DNA from: Bellilinea sp. | GTDB lineage: Bacteria; Chloroflexota; Anaerolineae; Anaerolineales; Anaerolineaceae | Assembly: GCA_035561555.1 (NCBI GenBank) | Contig: DATMXL010000205.1 | Span: 1 to 51,919, forward strand | Length of the DNA: 51,919 nt | Direction: 5' to 3' | In this document: positions 19,926 through 29,938 of the stretch, in pieces | Layout: the number at the start of each line of letters is the position of its first letter | How positions within the stretch are numbered: the first letter of the stretch is position 1 | Program-made: the position numbers and the translations under genes | The notes under the pieces: model-generated | Databases searched by the model: none | What the model saw: only the letters and a program-made list of their open reading frames with translations | Told to the model about the DNA's origin: nothing

Positions 19926-21647
19926 TCAGGGGTTAAAGCCTGCTGCGTCCGGGAATAAATCAGCGCGCGCCCATAATACCACCATTGTCTTGCTCACAGG
20001 TACTTTTTTGAACGCCACCCATTGTAGCCATTCGTCAAAACTCATTTGCCAATTCGGATTAACTTCCAGCACAAAGTCCTGCCCGCGATAGGTCTCTGCC
20101 AGTTCCGGCGAAGGCTTATCAATTGTGATCAACATCGCTGGGGATGCGGTAGAAGCAGTCGAGGTGACAAACTTTACCTGGTCGTAATCCCGCAGCGCCC
20201 ATCTCAAGGCTGGCGACTCGACCCCTTCCACAACCAGGTCCAGCTCTCCGGGGACACGCATCTTCCAGGTTGACAGGTCATCGACCGTGGAATTAATTAA
20301 GTCCACTTCGTCGATCAATCCGCCCGCGCGCCAAATTTGGCCAGCGGGATTTGCCCCAAGACCGGTACCGCCCCAGGCAGCTGAAAAACCCCACAAGGCT
20401 AACGTTGCCACCAAACCCCACAGCGCCCCCTGTCCGGCCGTTTCCTCGCTCCAGAACCAGCGAATTACGATCGCGGCACCGACCAGTAGTAAAACTGGGA
20501 AAACTGTCGTAATGATCCGCACAAATGTCGAAACTTCTGGGGAGGCAGCCTGGAAGTAAGCAATGAAATTAAGCCAGGCAAATACCATAAGCACAACCAC
20601 GATTATGCTATACGCAATGGCAGTCCAGCCTGCTTCAATCCTAATTTTCAACAGCCCGGCTAACTGACGAGACGCCAGAGCCAGCATTGGCAGCGCAGCC
20701 CATCCTACCTGGATCATCTCCCTTCCGGGATTCAGCAGTACTAAAATCAGTGCGGTCAACCACCAGACAGACAGCAAGGTATCCAACCGGTCGTGATTGC
20801 GCAATATGCGCAAGATTCCGACCGTTGCAAAAAGGAATCCGATGGGTTGTGAAAGCACCAACCCAAGCAGTAGGCGCCAGATATTTAAACCGCCGGGATT
20901 CACCCAACTGGAAAAATATTGAACAAAGCCATTGAAGATCGAGCTTATGCCATTCGGGATGATCAATAGCAGAGTGCCACAGACCAGCAGCATGCCCCCA
21001 AACCAGATAACTGCGGGTTTCCAGTTAATCCCTGCAAAAATTCCAATCTCTTCAATCTCGTCTTCTTCGCGTGGCGCCTGACGGGGTTGGAAAACCAATT
21101 TGTAGAGCCCAAAGGCCATCCCCAATCCGACAATTCCCAGCCAGAAGGCTGGTCCACCCAGAAGTGCCAGCGCGGTAAAAGTCCCTATTAGCCGCGGCTT
21201 TTTGTTTACCAGCGCAGCCAATGCCAGAATGCTAAATAAACCAGCCAGGGTCATGCCGTGTGCCTGACGGGAGACCGCTGTCCAGCCGGCATCCAGCACC
21301 AGTCCGAAGCACAGCAGCAATGCCGCTTTCTCGCCTAACTGTTTGCGGAAGAGCCAGGGGGTGAGTGTCAGAACAGTGCCAGCCAGCGCTGGCCAAAAAC
21401 GTGCTATACCGTCGCCAGCGCCAAACAGGAAGAACCAGGCAGCGCTGAGCAGGACGTAGCCCGTCTCGCCTCCGATTTGCTGTTCACCGGCTTGAGTAAC
21501 ATTCAAAGCCTGCAGCGCATTAATCGCCTCCGGATTGGTCAACGGAAGTTTGTCAAGCAGTACAAAACGCATCAGGAACGCAAAAATGCCGGCTGCGATC
21601 CATGCCAGGCGTTGAAGTTTTGGGTTGAGGGATACTGAGTTCATCAT
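19926..21647 (-). CDS. Polytopic membrane protein, GT-C/PMT-like (TIGR03663-like), possibly degenerate
   Basis: About 12-13 hydrophobic segments; 'FGAGDGIARFWPALAG' resembles the PMT/ArnT first-loop region; C-terminal soluble domain; ATGA overlap with upstream gene. Confidence 0.55.
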   Translation of the reverse strand: MMNSVSLNPKLQRLAWIAAGIFAFLMRFVLLDKLPLTNPEAINALQALNVTQAGEQQIGGETGYVLLSAAWFFLFGAGDGIARFWPALAGTVLTLTPWLFRKQLGEKAALLLCFGLVLDAGWTAVSRQAHGMTLAGLFSILALAALVNKKPRLIGTFTALALLGGPAFWLGIVGLGMAFGLYKLVFQPRQAPREEDEIEEIGIFAGINWKPAVIWFGGMLLVCGTLLLIIPNGISSIFNGFVQYFSSWVNPGGLNIWRLLLGLVLSQPIGFLFATVGILRILRNHDRLDTLLSVWWLTALILVLLNPGREMIQVGWAALPMLALASRQLAGLLKIRIEAGWTAIAYSIIVVVLMVFAWLNFIAYFQAASPEVSTFVRIITTVFPVLLLVGAAIVIRWFWSEETAGQGALWGLVATLALWGFSAAWGGTGLGANPAGQIWRAGGLIDEVDLINSTVDDLSTWKMRVPGELDLVVEGVESPALRWALRDYDQVKFVTSTASTASPAMLITIDKPSPELAETYRGQDFVLEVNPNWQMSFDEWLQWVAFKKVPVSKTMVVLWARADLFPDAAGFNP

Positions 21648-24220
21648 GGCGTCACTTGCTCGCTTATCAGCAAAGACTGCGGATTTTCACCTGGCACTTC
21701 GTATATAGTGACCGCGGCATTTTGGTACACCACACGTGTATTATCCAGGAATTTAGTCTCATCCACATTGTAGGTGGCCCGCTCAACCGGTCCCACGTAG
21801 ATATAGCGGATCGCGTAGCGGGTTGTGATAATTGAGGCTTCCTCCCAATTGTTGGTGGTAAATAGCACATCCAGGTCGCCGCGCCGTGAGCCTATTTCCT
21901 CGGCACCACCGCGCCACTGCCATTCGTGACCTTCCCAGCCCAGCAGAGAGGGTTGACCGCTGTGAGTGGACACCCGAGCGGTATCCGGGTTATACGACGC
22001 ACCTACGGTCTCAGCCACCACCCCTATGGGTGCAGACTGTAACCATGTGAAGGCTGCCCATTCGTCTGGATTATATCTTTGCAGGTAAGCTTTACCGTCC
22101 AGCGTCAGCTCGGTCAATGGTTTCCCGGGTAACCCCGTCTTGGCTGTCAGCATGATGACCGGGTAGATCAACGCAGCTGCGGTCAGCAGCACCCAGCCGG
22201 CTTTGAAAGCAGCCGCACCCAGCTTACGCAGCTGCCGCCATAAAATTGCGGTGGAGTAGGCAGCTGCCAGACCCCATACCATCCAGGTTTGAAAGTAGAA
22301 CTTGAAAATGGTATTCAGGCGAGTGCCAAAGCCATCTTTCAAATAAAAGAACTCTGGCAGCAGGGTTAATCCAGCGCCAATCAGGATCAGCAAAGCTACG
22401 AACGCATTGATCACGCGGTGTGGCGCCAGAGGTGGCGGCTGATCTTCTGGATTAATTTCAGCCGTCAAGGGTTGCCGGCGCGCTGCCGAAAGCACTACCC
22501 ACGCGAAAATGACAACCACCAGCAATATCAGCCAGGTGACGGGGTCGGTGATCCGCCGCAAAACTGCTGTCTGCAGCAGTTCCGCACCGCCCCCGCCTTG
22601 CGTACCAAAGAAAGCACTCACCGCAGAGGAAAGTCTGGCGCCGGTTGCTGCCAGCGTGCCGCCATTTGCCTGCCAGCTCTGACCCGCGGTCAAAGCAGCT
22701 TGAAAGAGGACGCCGGCAGCCAGCATGAACACCCACAAAGCCGTGACCACGCCAACCCCGGCCAGCAAGCCATTTCTCCAATCCCGCCGGCTGACCTTGC
22801 GTAAGTTTGCAATCAACCACGTGCTGATCGGAAACAGCAGTGGCAGAAACATCACCAGGAAGTAGGCACCCCGGGTATGAAACGCCAGACTTGGCAACAG
22901 CCCCCCTGCCTGAGATGCGAAGCCGATGTAGAACGGCAGGTAAACCACAGCCCCTGCTATACCGAACAGCAGTCCAATTTTTATGAAATCGCCTACCCGC
23001 GCCCAACCCCAGCCATTTTGCACGGTTCGGTGCCAGGTGAAAACCGCGGCAAACAACGCCACATAAATCGGAAAATCCCAGGTATTAAGGAATGACAACC
23101 CACCCAGGATGATGGCAGTCGACCAAAATTCAAAATTGCGCAGCCTGCTGCTGACCTGCACCTTCTCGATTTTCTCCCCAAGCCCGCGGTACGCCAGGTT
23201 GAGCGCCAGCCCAACCGCCAGTAACACGAAAGGCATAGCCAAAACATGCGGGTGCAGGTCAGCCAGCAGGTACGAGAAAAAAGGGAATTCGTTGATCACT
23301 TCGGTCGTGCCGCCGGATAAAGTAAAATCCTGCACCACGCGCGAGCCCATCCACCACAGCCAGCCGCCGCGCTGCGGCAGCCAACCTAAGGGCTCCCGCG
23401 GAGCCACGTTAAGCTCTTTGATATTCAGCCATGTCCAGAAGGGAGACTGCAATTGACCATCGCTGCCGGCTGACCAGAAAACGCCGTTGGCATGCAGTAC
23501 ATCCAATAGCCCGCTCAAATTGCTGACAATCAGAATAAACAGCGGCGCCAGCAATGCCCATCCGGCAGCCCGTCTGGGTTGTGCCTCATCCTGGACGTCT
23601 CCGGACCGTGCCAACAGGTTATACACGATGCCGTAGGCTCCTAGCGCGGTTAGCGCGAACCACATGGCGATCGCCAGATTGAACGCCACACTGCTGACCG
23701 TACCGGTGACGTGCACCAGCATGGCTACAATGACGTAGCCAAAGTAGTAATACGAAATGGCATATCCCGACAGCCATGGATCGTTCGGCGGAAAACCCGG
23801 CGAGCGCAAAATCGAATTGATGAACGCCAATTCCATCGGCTTTTCGGTGTAGTTGACATCTGGGTTGGCTGCCCTCACAAATGCCCAGGCGGCAAATGCC
23901 AGCAAAAACAACACTTCACTGGTGATCACCACCCGTTTATGCTGCTTGATCCAGTTCCAAAGCTCACCCAGGCGTCGATTCCCGGCAATCAGACTGATGA
24001 TCGCCAGCAGTACCAGAGCCAACAGCACACCGCCGATATCATTCTGCAGCACGCCCAGGGATGTCAAAAGCCAGAATATGAAGCCCCAGCCTAATAAGGC
24101 CAGTGGACGCACCAGGGTAAAGCCGCGGTCTGGCAGGAAGCGCAGCAGCCGCTGTGCCAGTGGCAGCGTCAGCCAGCCGGCGATGGAAACGACCAGATAC
24201 CACCAGACAACATCGATCAC
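21644..24220 (-). CDS. DUF2298 / Chlor_Arch_YYY membrane protein
   Basis: EKPMELAFINS, FPPNDPWLSG, SYYYFGY, INEFPFFSYLLADLHPH, NTWDFP, RLNTIFKFY, GWEGHE motifs. Confidence 0.85.
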   Translation of the reverse strand: MIDVVWWYLVVSIAGWLTLPLAQRLLRFLPDRGFTLVRPLALLGWGFIFWLLTSLGVLQNDIGGVLLALVLLAIISLIAGNRRLGELWNWIKQHKRVVITSEVLFLLAFAAWAFVRAANPDVNYTEKPMELAFINSILRSPGFPPNDPWLSGYAISYYYFGYVIVAMLVHVTGTVSSVAFNLAIAMWFALTALGAYGIVYNLLARSGDVQDEAQPRRAAGWALLAPLFILIVSNLSGLLDVLHANGVFWSAGSDGQLQSPFWTWLNIKELNVAPREPLGWLPQRGGWLWWMGSRVVQDFTLSGGTTEVINEFPFFSYLLADLHPHVLAMPFVLLAVGLALNLAYRGLGEKIEKVQVSSRLRNFEFWSTAIILGGLSFLNTWDFPIYVALFAAVFTWHRTVQNGWGWARVGDFIKIGLLFGIAGAVVYLPFYIGFASQAGGLLPSLAFHTRGAYFLVMFLPLLFPISTWLIANLRKVSRRDWRNGLLAGVGVVTALWVFMLAAGVLFQAALTAGQSWQANGGTLAATGARLSSAVSAFFGTQGGGGAELLQTAVLRRITDPVTWLILLVVVIFAWVVLSAARRQPLTAEINPEDQPPPLAPHRVINAFVALLILIGAGLTLLPEFFYLKDGFGTRLNTIFKFYFQTWMVWGLAAAYSTAILWRQLRKLGAAAFKAGWVLLTAAALIYPVIMLTAKTGLPGKPLTELTLDGKAYLQRYNPDEWAAFTWLQSAPIGVVAETVGASYNPDTARVSTHSGQPSLLGWEGHEWQWRGGAEEIGSRRGDLDVLFTTNNWEEASIITTRYAIRYIYVGPVERATYNVDETKFLDNTRVVYQNAAVTIYEVPGENPQSLLISEQVTP

Positions 24221-24594
24221 AGTTCGTCCTCGTTTGGTGTCAATGTTTTTGGCCAGCTAAAACTGCCGTCACCCTCTGGTGAAAATGGCAGCACCTGCGT
24301 CACGGCATCCAGGTTGAGCTCGCCGTACAGGTGCGGGAATTCTTGCCCATCAGCAATCGGCTCGTAGCGCAGTTCGGCTGCCAATTTCTGCGGATCAATC
24401 ACCAACAAAACCACGTACTGATCACCGTGATAAAACTTGTCGGCGCTGCGCAGCAATTGCCGGCCGGTCGAAAAATGGATAAACCCTTCGTCAGTCAGGG
24501 AGCTGGTACGGTAAGCGCCGTTTTCCAGCGCGTCAGCCCACTCCGAGTTATGCGCGATATGAAAAATACGAGCTGGACGCGTCACTTCACTCAT
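24217..24594 (-). CDS. DUF952 family protein
   Basis: IFHIA, SLTDEGFIHFST, LRYE, FPHLYGELNLDAV motifs; 4-nt overlaps with both neighbours. Confidence 0.9.
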   Translation of the reverse strand: MSEVTRPARIFHIAHNSEWADALENGAYRTSSLTDEGFIHFSTGRQLLRSADKFYHGDQYVVLLVIDPQKLAAELRYEPIADGQEFPHLYGELNLDAVTQVLPFSPEGDGSFSWPKTLTPNEDEL

Positions 24595-27500
24595 TGCATC
24601 ACCTCGTAAATGGCGGTGGTTTCATTACTATAGGCCGGCTGCCAGTATTGACCGGCATCTCTCGCGAACTTGGCGATACCCAACGGGTCGTAGGTTACGC
24701 GTTCCAGCTCGCCGACAATGATGTACTTAACATTGTACTTCCGCAGGAAATTTACTGCCTGTTCGAGGTCGGTGGTGTTATAGAAGGCGTTTACATCGTC
24801 GATTCGTGCCCAGATTGATGTATCGATAATCGTGGCGCGCTGCTGACGTTGATGCCAGTTCCAGCCGATGGTTGCAGGCAGCCCGGTGTAGATCGAAATC
24901 CGTGAACCCCAGCGGTATTCGACCGTATTGGCTTCAACGATGACCGGGGAGCCGATGACATTTTCCTGCAGCCAGCGAATGGCGCCGTAATCAGCCTTCA
25001 GATCCAGCACGCCGTTCTGGTCGTGATATTGAGCCGTCTGCATATAGGCCATGCCGTCCAGGGTATGCGGCGCAGCGGTACTGATCCGGTCCCGAATTTT
25101 GGAAGGCGCCGCGGTCAATGGGTAGAACAGGCTAAAAACGATCAACAGCCCTGCAAATCCAGTCCAGGCATTGCGCCAGCCGGTTTTCCAACGCCTCTCG
25201 ATCTGCGGCCAAAGCAAGAACAAGCCGGCTGCAGCGCTGAGCGAGAAAAGCGTCCAGGCTTGCAGGTAAAACTTGAAAACCGTATTCATGCGGTTGATGT
25301 CGCCAACCAGAACCACAACTTCCACCGCCAAAGTAAGGACCGCGGCGGTCCCGACCATAAACAATACCGCGCGTTTCGGGTCAGGCTGGCCAGGCCGCAG
25401 CAGCAGAAGCAGCGACCACACCGCCAGCGTCAATGCCAGCCAGGCGACTGGAACCTTCTGCTGGAAGGTCAGGAACAGCACCACCACCATAAACAACGCA
25501 ACACAGGCTGCAATGACTGTCTTCCACGGCCTGAGCTTGTTCAACGCTGAAACCGGGGTTTTTTCCATCCAATCAATGGTTTCCTGGAACAGCCAGGTGA
25601 TGATGATCACCACAAACAGACCCCAATGGGTGAGGTAATCTGCCAGAGTGGTTTTGGCGCCCTGCCACAGGTCGATTTCGGAGTAGCCCTGAGCGTACCA
25701 GTTCTGGTACGGCTGATAGAGAACAAAGGCTAAACCCGTCAAAAGCAGGACTGAACCGACTGCCAGGATGATGCGCCGGATGGCGTGCGGCAAGTTGGGT
25801 AAAAATTTTTGCGGTACCTCCGCATAACGCAAGGCTGAATAGCAAATTGCCGCGATCGCCAGACCGAGGTAGGTTGGCAGGTCCCAGGTGTTGACCGGCC
25901 GCAAGGCGCCGATCGTCACTGCACCAAAGAAAATGGATACCCCAAACGGCAGCCAACTGCCAATTCTTCCCCCGATTTTCCATTGCCATTTACCCAGCAC
26001 AATGGATAGCACCCAGCCGAGTGCCAGTAAAGTGATCGGCAGAGCAAATAGGTGTGCATGCGGGTCGCCGTATAGGAAGGTGAAGAACGGGAATTCGGTG
26101 ATGGCGTCGCCGCCCTTGACTGCCCGGCTGGGTATCCAATACCAGTCCGCTGGCGAGTATGGCAGCGCGGCTCCCTTGAAGTATTCGCCCAACCCCTGGA
26201 AGGTCCAGGCGATTTTGGTGAAGAAATTAGCGCCTTCGATGTTGCCGCCGGGTGCCGCCAGCTTCATGACGCCTTCCCACATCATGTCAATGGTGCCTAA
26301 ATTTCCCAAAATGAGCATGCCAATGGCAGAACCTACCCCGGCGATCCATGGTGCAATTCCAGCCGGTTGGGTTTCATCTGCCTCATGGCGTTTTTTGAAC
26401 CATTGCTGCACATTCCAGCCGAAACTGTAAGCCCCCAGTGCCACCAGCGAGAAAAAGGTCGGCAGAATCAGGTTGTAAGCCACAGACGGAACAATACCCA
26501 ACCATTTGGTCGGCACCGCGGTGATGACAAACCCGTAATAGTAATAATTGATCCAGGCACCCGCATACCATGGGTTGTACGGCGGGAAAGTGGTGCTTTT
26601 CAAAACCGCGTTAAAGTAGGCAAAGTCCATCGGCTTTTCGCCGCCGTAATTCGGATGCCATAAATCCGGGTTGCCGAGGCGGATGGCCAAAAAGAGCAGG
26701 AAGAAAACCAGTCCCACCGCCTCAACGGTCAGGTAGTAGCGCCAGCGTTGTTTGATCTCAACCCGAATGGCTTCACGCTGCCAGATTGCCAATATCAGGC
26801 TGACAGCGACCAGCAGTCCCGCCCCCATCCAGATGGTTCCGCGGCTGAAGCTCAATCCCGATGAGCCAGCCATCCAAACCAGCCAAGCTAACAGCAGCAA
26901 TCCCGCTATTTTAGCCAGCGGGTAGCCTAAATCCGGCAGTCCTTTCATGGCTATGCGCAAAATCGGATAAATTAGCAGTCCTAATATGAGGATTGCCAGA
27001 TACCAGACTATCGCACCGAGCCCGGGATATTGGTTGATGACCGCATCCGTGTCGAACATCTCAGACCAGGTCCCGCCGGCTTGCGCCACCGCTGCCATAT
27101 CCTGCGGCAGCATCAAATCCGCCGGGTAATTCGGTGCCTGCCCCGGAATGACGTGGATCACGTTACTGATGTCAACCGAGCGCAGAATCGACTCAACCTC
27201 AGATTGGGAATAATCGGCTGATTTCTTGAAGATCAACACTTTGGGATGGTCGTAGACCGTGAATGCTTCCTCAGCAAACTGGTCATTGATCCTGAAGGGT
27301 CCAATACTGGGATCTGACTGGAACACTTTGACCAGTTCAAAGCCCAACCGTCCGCTGTAATCTCCCACTTGCACGGTCCGGTAACAGTCGATCACTTCCA
27401 CTTCCAACGGACAGCCAATCAGTTCGCGATAGAAAACTGTGGTCAGCGGGTAGCGTTCCGGCACCCGTGTGGTTGTTCCGTACTGGCGGTTGGAGGTGAT

Positions 27501-29873
27501 CGCGAAATAGTCAGCGCGATCCAGAATGGCTTCAAAACGCGCCAGCTTGTCGACGCTGTCATCCCAGTACATCTCAAAGTTGAGATCGCCCTCATAAATT
27601 CCAGCGTAGGGATCGTACCCATCCAGCCGAATCGGGATGCTGTCATCCCAGGGTGTTTCAACCGCCGGCGCCGACCCATGAATGGTCAACGCGCCATCAC
27701 CGGAGATCAATTCCATGCGTAAGGAATAGATCGTCCCGGAAACCAGATGCAGTGGTTCGGTCAATTGCCAGGTATATTCCTGACCGCGCGGGTCACCCGT
27801 AGCGGCAAAATCACTGACGATCTCTCCCTCAGCCAACGGTGTTTCCTGAAAGATTTCATCTGCAATCGATAGCTTGAGGGTCTTGACTTCGGACGATTGG
27901 TTAACATCTACCATCCGGTTGAAGTTCACCTGATTTAATTGACCATTCGCCATGGCCATAAAGCGAATCTCGCCTGGCAGAAGCGGACGGATGGGATTCA
28001 TCATCACCGGCAGTTCCTGCCGCGCCATTCCGTCCAGGGTTTGAATGGTCAACCCGGCTGCCCCGGAAAAACCAAGCGCATTCTGGGTCTCGAGCAGGTC
28101 CAGTTCCACCCGATACTGCTGACCGGCTTGTACGGTCACCGGTTGCGCCAGCGGAACTGACCAGCCCAGCAGTACCCCGCCTCCAGATGTAAAACTGTTG
28201 TTCAACAATCCATAACCAGAAGGCAAGCCTTCGGAGCCGGCTGAATAAACTGAGATTCCCAACGTTTTAGGATTCGTATTGGCGGTCAAATCCTGGATAT
28301 TTGTGAATTGAAAGCTGCTGAGCAAGCCAGTCGATTCGGCGGTGAACACAAAGGACACGGTATCGCCGGACGTTAGGACCAGGGCGGGATTGTAAGGCAA
28401 CATTTGCCTGAATTCGCCGTCTGCTGTATCCATCACCAGGTTGACGGGTCCTGGCACGTTGTCCAGCATCCAGCGCGAAGCTTCCACTCGCGTCATCGGT
28501 CGTTCATAAATGCGTGTGAAGGCGAACGCCCAGGCAAACGTACCCGCCAGGGTAACTACGCCAACCACCACGGACCCGATTTTGAGCCACTTGCCTGCCA
28601 GAGGCTTCCCGCTGCTCGCAAATTTGCGTCCGGTTTCCCATAAATTCCACAAAGCCCAGGCGGCAGTTATAGCCAGTGTGGGGTAGATAGGCAGCTCGTA
28701 GCGCATGGTCGGGTTGCCCTGCATCGACTGCCAGACAAAATAAATAGCCGTCCAGCCCCAAACCAAAATTGAGCGTTTCCAGGTGCCGTTGAGCTGGCGA
28801 ATGCCCATCCAGATGAAACCACCCCAGGCCAATATCCCCATCGGCAGTCCCATGCCCCACAACACCATGTTGGTGAAGGAGAAGGTTAGCGGACGGCGCG
28901 CCCACTGCAATGCTGGCGGAAAATCGACATTTCCGGTCATCTGGCTGGCCAGTTCTCGCAAGTTGGCGATCCATTTTTCGTTCGGCAGCAATCCAAAAAA
29001 TCCCGGACCGTTAAAGGCGTAAGGATTAAATATCCGGAATAATAAGAGCGCAGCTGCCGCACCGATCACCATATCCCGGAAAAAGATCCCAATCAACTCG
29101 TCGCGCTGAGTGCGTGGGTGGCGCATTACGAAAATGAACCAGGCTGCCGGCAGCAGCACCACCATCAACGCGGTATTGATTTTGCAGGCCATGGCAAAAC
29201 CCATTGCCACGCCAAACCACAGGCTATTACGCGCTGATTCGCTTTTGAACCATTTTTGACCTTCCCGTAGTTGCGGTTCGAGCACGGGTTGGGTAGCCAG
29301 CCTGGCGGCAAAATAAAGCGCCAGGGTTGTGAAAGTGGTTGAGAATGAATCTGCAGTGTAGAAATGAGATTGCTGAATCTGCATGACGGCAAAGGCGGAA
29401 AAAGCCGCCCCGAGCACACCAATTTTTCGGTTGAACAGACGGGTTCCCAGCAGATATACCAGCAGCACCGTCGCCAGATCCATTAAGGCTGAGAACACCC
29501 GCCCGGTCTGCAGCAATTGCTCCCAAAAAACATCGGTGAAGACGGCGTTGGCCAGATACCGGGTAGCGATGATTGGGAAAGTGCCGTAAACGAAGAAGGT
29601 ATCGCCGACATTATGCGGGTTTAAGGTCGACCTGGCCGTATCAAAGTATGCTCCCAGGCTTTGGACCGGCGTGATATGCGAGGTCACCTGAATAAAAAAT
29701 CGCTCATCCGGGTGTAAAAAGCTGTATTCGCCCCAAAATAATCCGGTAAACCGAAAATACACAGCCAAAGTGATGGTTACAAATAACAAAAGTATCCATA
29801 ACCATGTCCCTTTTTCCTTCTGTGGGACGCTTCGAACAAGTTGTGAGGTGGGTGGCTGCGGTTGGTCAGTCAT
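24591..29873 (-). CDS. Large fusion protein: PMT/GT39-like GT-C domain + extracellular beta-rich region + DUF2298 (YYY) domain
   Basis: N-terminal LHPDERF and IQQSHFYTAD motifs; C-terminal half GGEKPMDFAY, INYYYYGF, ITEFPFFTFLYGDPHAH, NTWDLP, RMNTVFKFY, GWNWHQRQQR. Confidence 0.85.
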   Translation of the reverse strand: MTDQPQPPTSQLVRSVPQKEKGTWLWILLLFVTITLAVYFRFTGLFWGEYSFLHPDERFFIQVTSHITPVQSLGAYFDTARSTLNPHNVGDTFFVYGTFPIIATRYLANAVFTDVFWEQLLQTGRVFSALMDLATVLLVYLLGTRLFNRKIGVLGAAFSAFAVMQIQQSHFYTADSFSTTFTTLALYFAARLATQPVLEPQLREGQKWFKSESARNSLWFGVAMGFAMACKINTALMVVLLPAAWFIFVMRHPRTQRDELIGIFFRDMVIGAAAALLLFRIFNPYAFNGPGFFGLLPNEKWIANLRELASQMTGNVDFPPALQWARRPLTFSFTNMVLWGMGLPMGILAWGGFIWMGIRQLNGTWKRSILVWGWTAIYFVWQSMQGNPTMRYELPIYPTLAITAAWALWNLWETGRKFASSGKPLAGKWLKIGSVVVGVVTLAGTFAWAFAFTRIYERPMTRVEASRWMLDNVPGPVNLVMDTADGEFRQMLPYNPALVLTSGDTVSFVFTAESTGLLSSFQFTNIQDLTANTNPKTLGISVYSAGSEGLPSGYGLLNNSFTSGGGVLLGWSVPLAQPVTVQAGQQYRVELDLLETQNALGFSGAAGLTIQTLDGMARQELPVMMNPIRPLLPGEIRFMAMANGQLNQVNFNRMVDVNQSSEVKTLKLSIADEIFQETPLAEGEIVSDFAATGDPRGQEYTWQLTEPLHLVSGTIYSLRMELISGDGALTIHGSAPAVETPWDDSIPIRLDGYDPYAGIYEGDLNFEMYWDDSVDKLARFEAILDRADYFAITSNRQYGTTTRVPERYPLTTVFYRELIGCPLEVEVIDCYRTVQVGDYSGRLGFELVKVFQSDPSIGPFRINDQFAEEAFTVYDHPKVLIFKKSADYSQSEVESILRSVDISNVIHVIPGQAPNYPADLMLPQDMAAVAQAGGTWSEMFDTDAVINQYPGLGAIVWYLAILILGLLIYPILRIAMKGLPDLGYPLAKIAGLLLLAWLVWMAGSSGLSFSRGTIWMGAGLLVAVSLILAIWQREAIRVEIKQRWRYYLTVEAVGLVFFLLFLAIRLGNPDLWHPNYGGEKPMDFAYFNAVLKSTTFPPYNPWYAGAWINYYYYGFVITAVPTKWLGIVPSVAYNLILPTFFSLVALGAYSFGWNVQQWFKKRHEADETQPAGIAPWIAGVGSAIGMLILGNLGTIDMMWEGVMKLAAPGGNIEGANFFTKIAWTFQGLGEYFKGAALPYSPADWYWIPSRAVKGGDAITEFPFFTFLYGDPHAHLFALPITLLALGWVLSIVLGKWQWKIGGRIGSWLPFGVSIFFGAVTIGALRPVNTWDLPTYLGLAIAAICYSALRYAEVPQKFLPNLPHAIRRIILAVGSVLLLTGLAFVLYQPYQNWYAQGYSEIDLWQGAKTTLADYLTHWGLFVVIIITWLFQETIDWMEKTPVSALNKLRPWKTVIAACVALFMVVVLFLTFQQKVPVAWLALTLAVWSLLLLLRPGQPDPKRAVLFMVGTAAVLTLAVEVVVLVGDINRMNTVFKFYLQAWTLFSLSAAAGLFLLWPQIERRWKTGWRNAWTGFAGLLIVFSLFYPLTAAPSKIRDRISTAAPHTLDGMAYMQTAQYHDQNGVLDLKADYGAIRWLQENVIGSPVIVEANTVEYRWGSRISIYTGLPATIGWNWHQRQQRATIIDTSIWARIDDVNAFYNTTDLEQAVNFLRKYNVKYIIVGELERVTYDPLGIAKFARDAGQYWQPAYSNETTAIYEVMQ

Positions 29874-29938
29874 GTTCTCATCGATGAATTGAATAGATTA
29901 ATTGTAAGCACGTTTCACGTCTTAACCCAATCGGGTTT

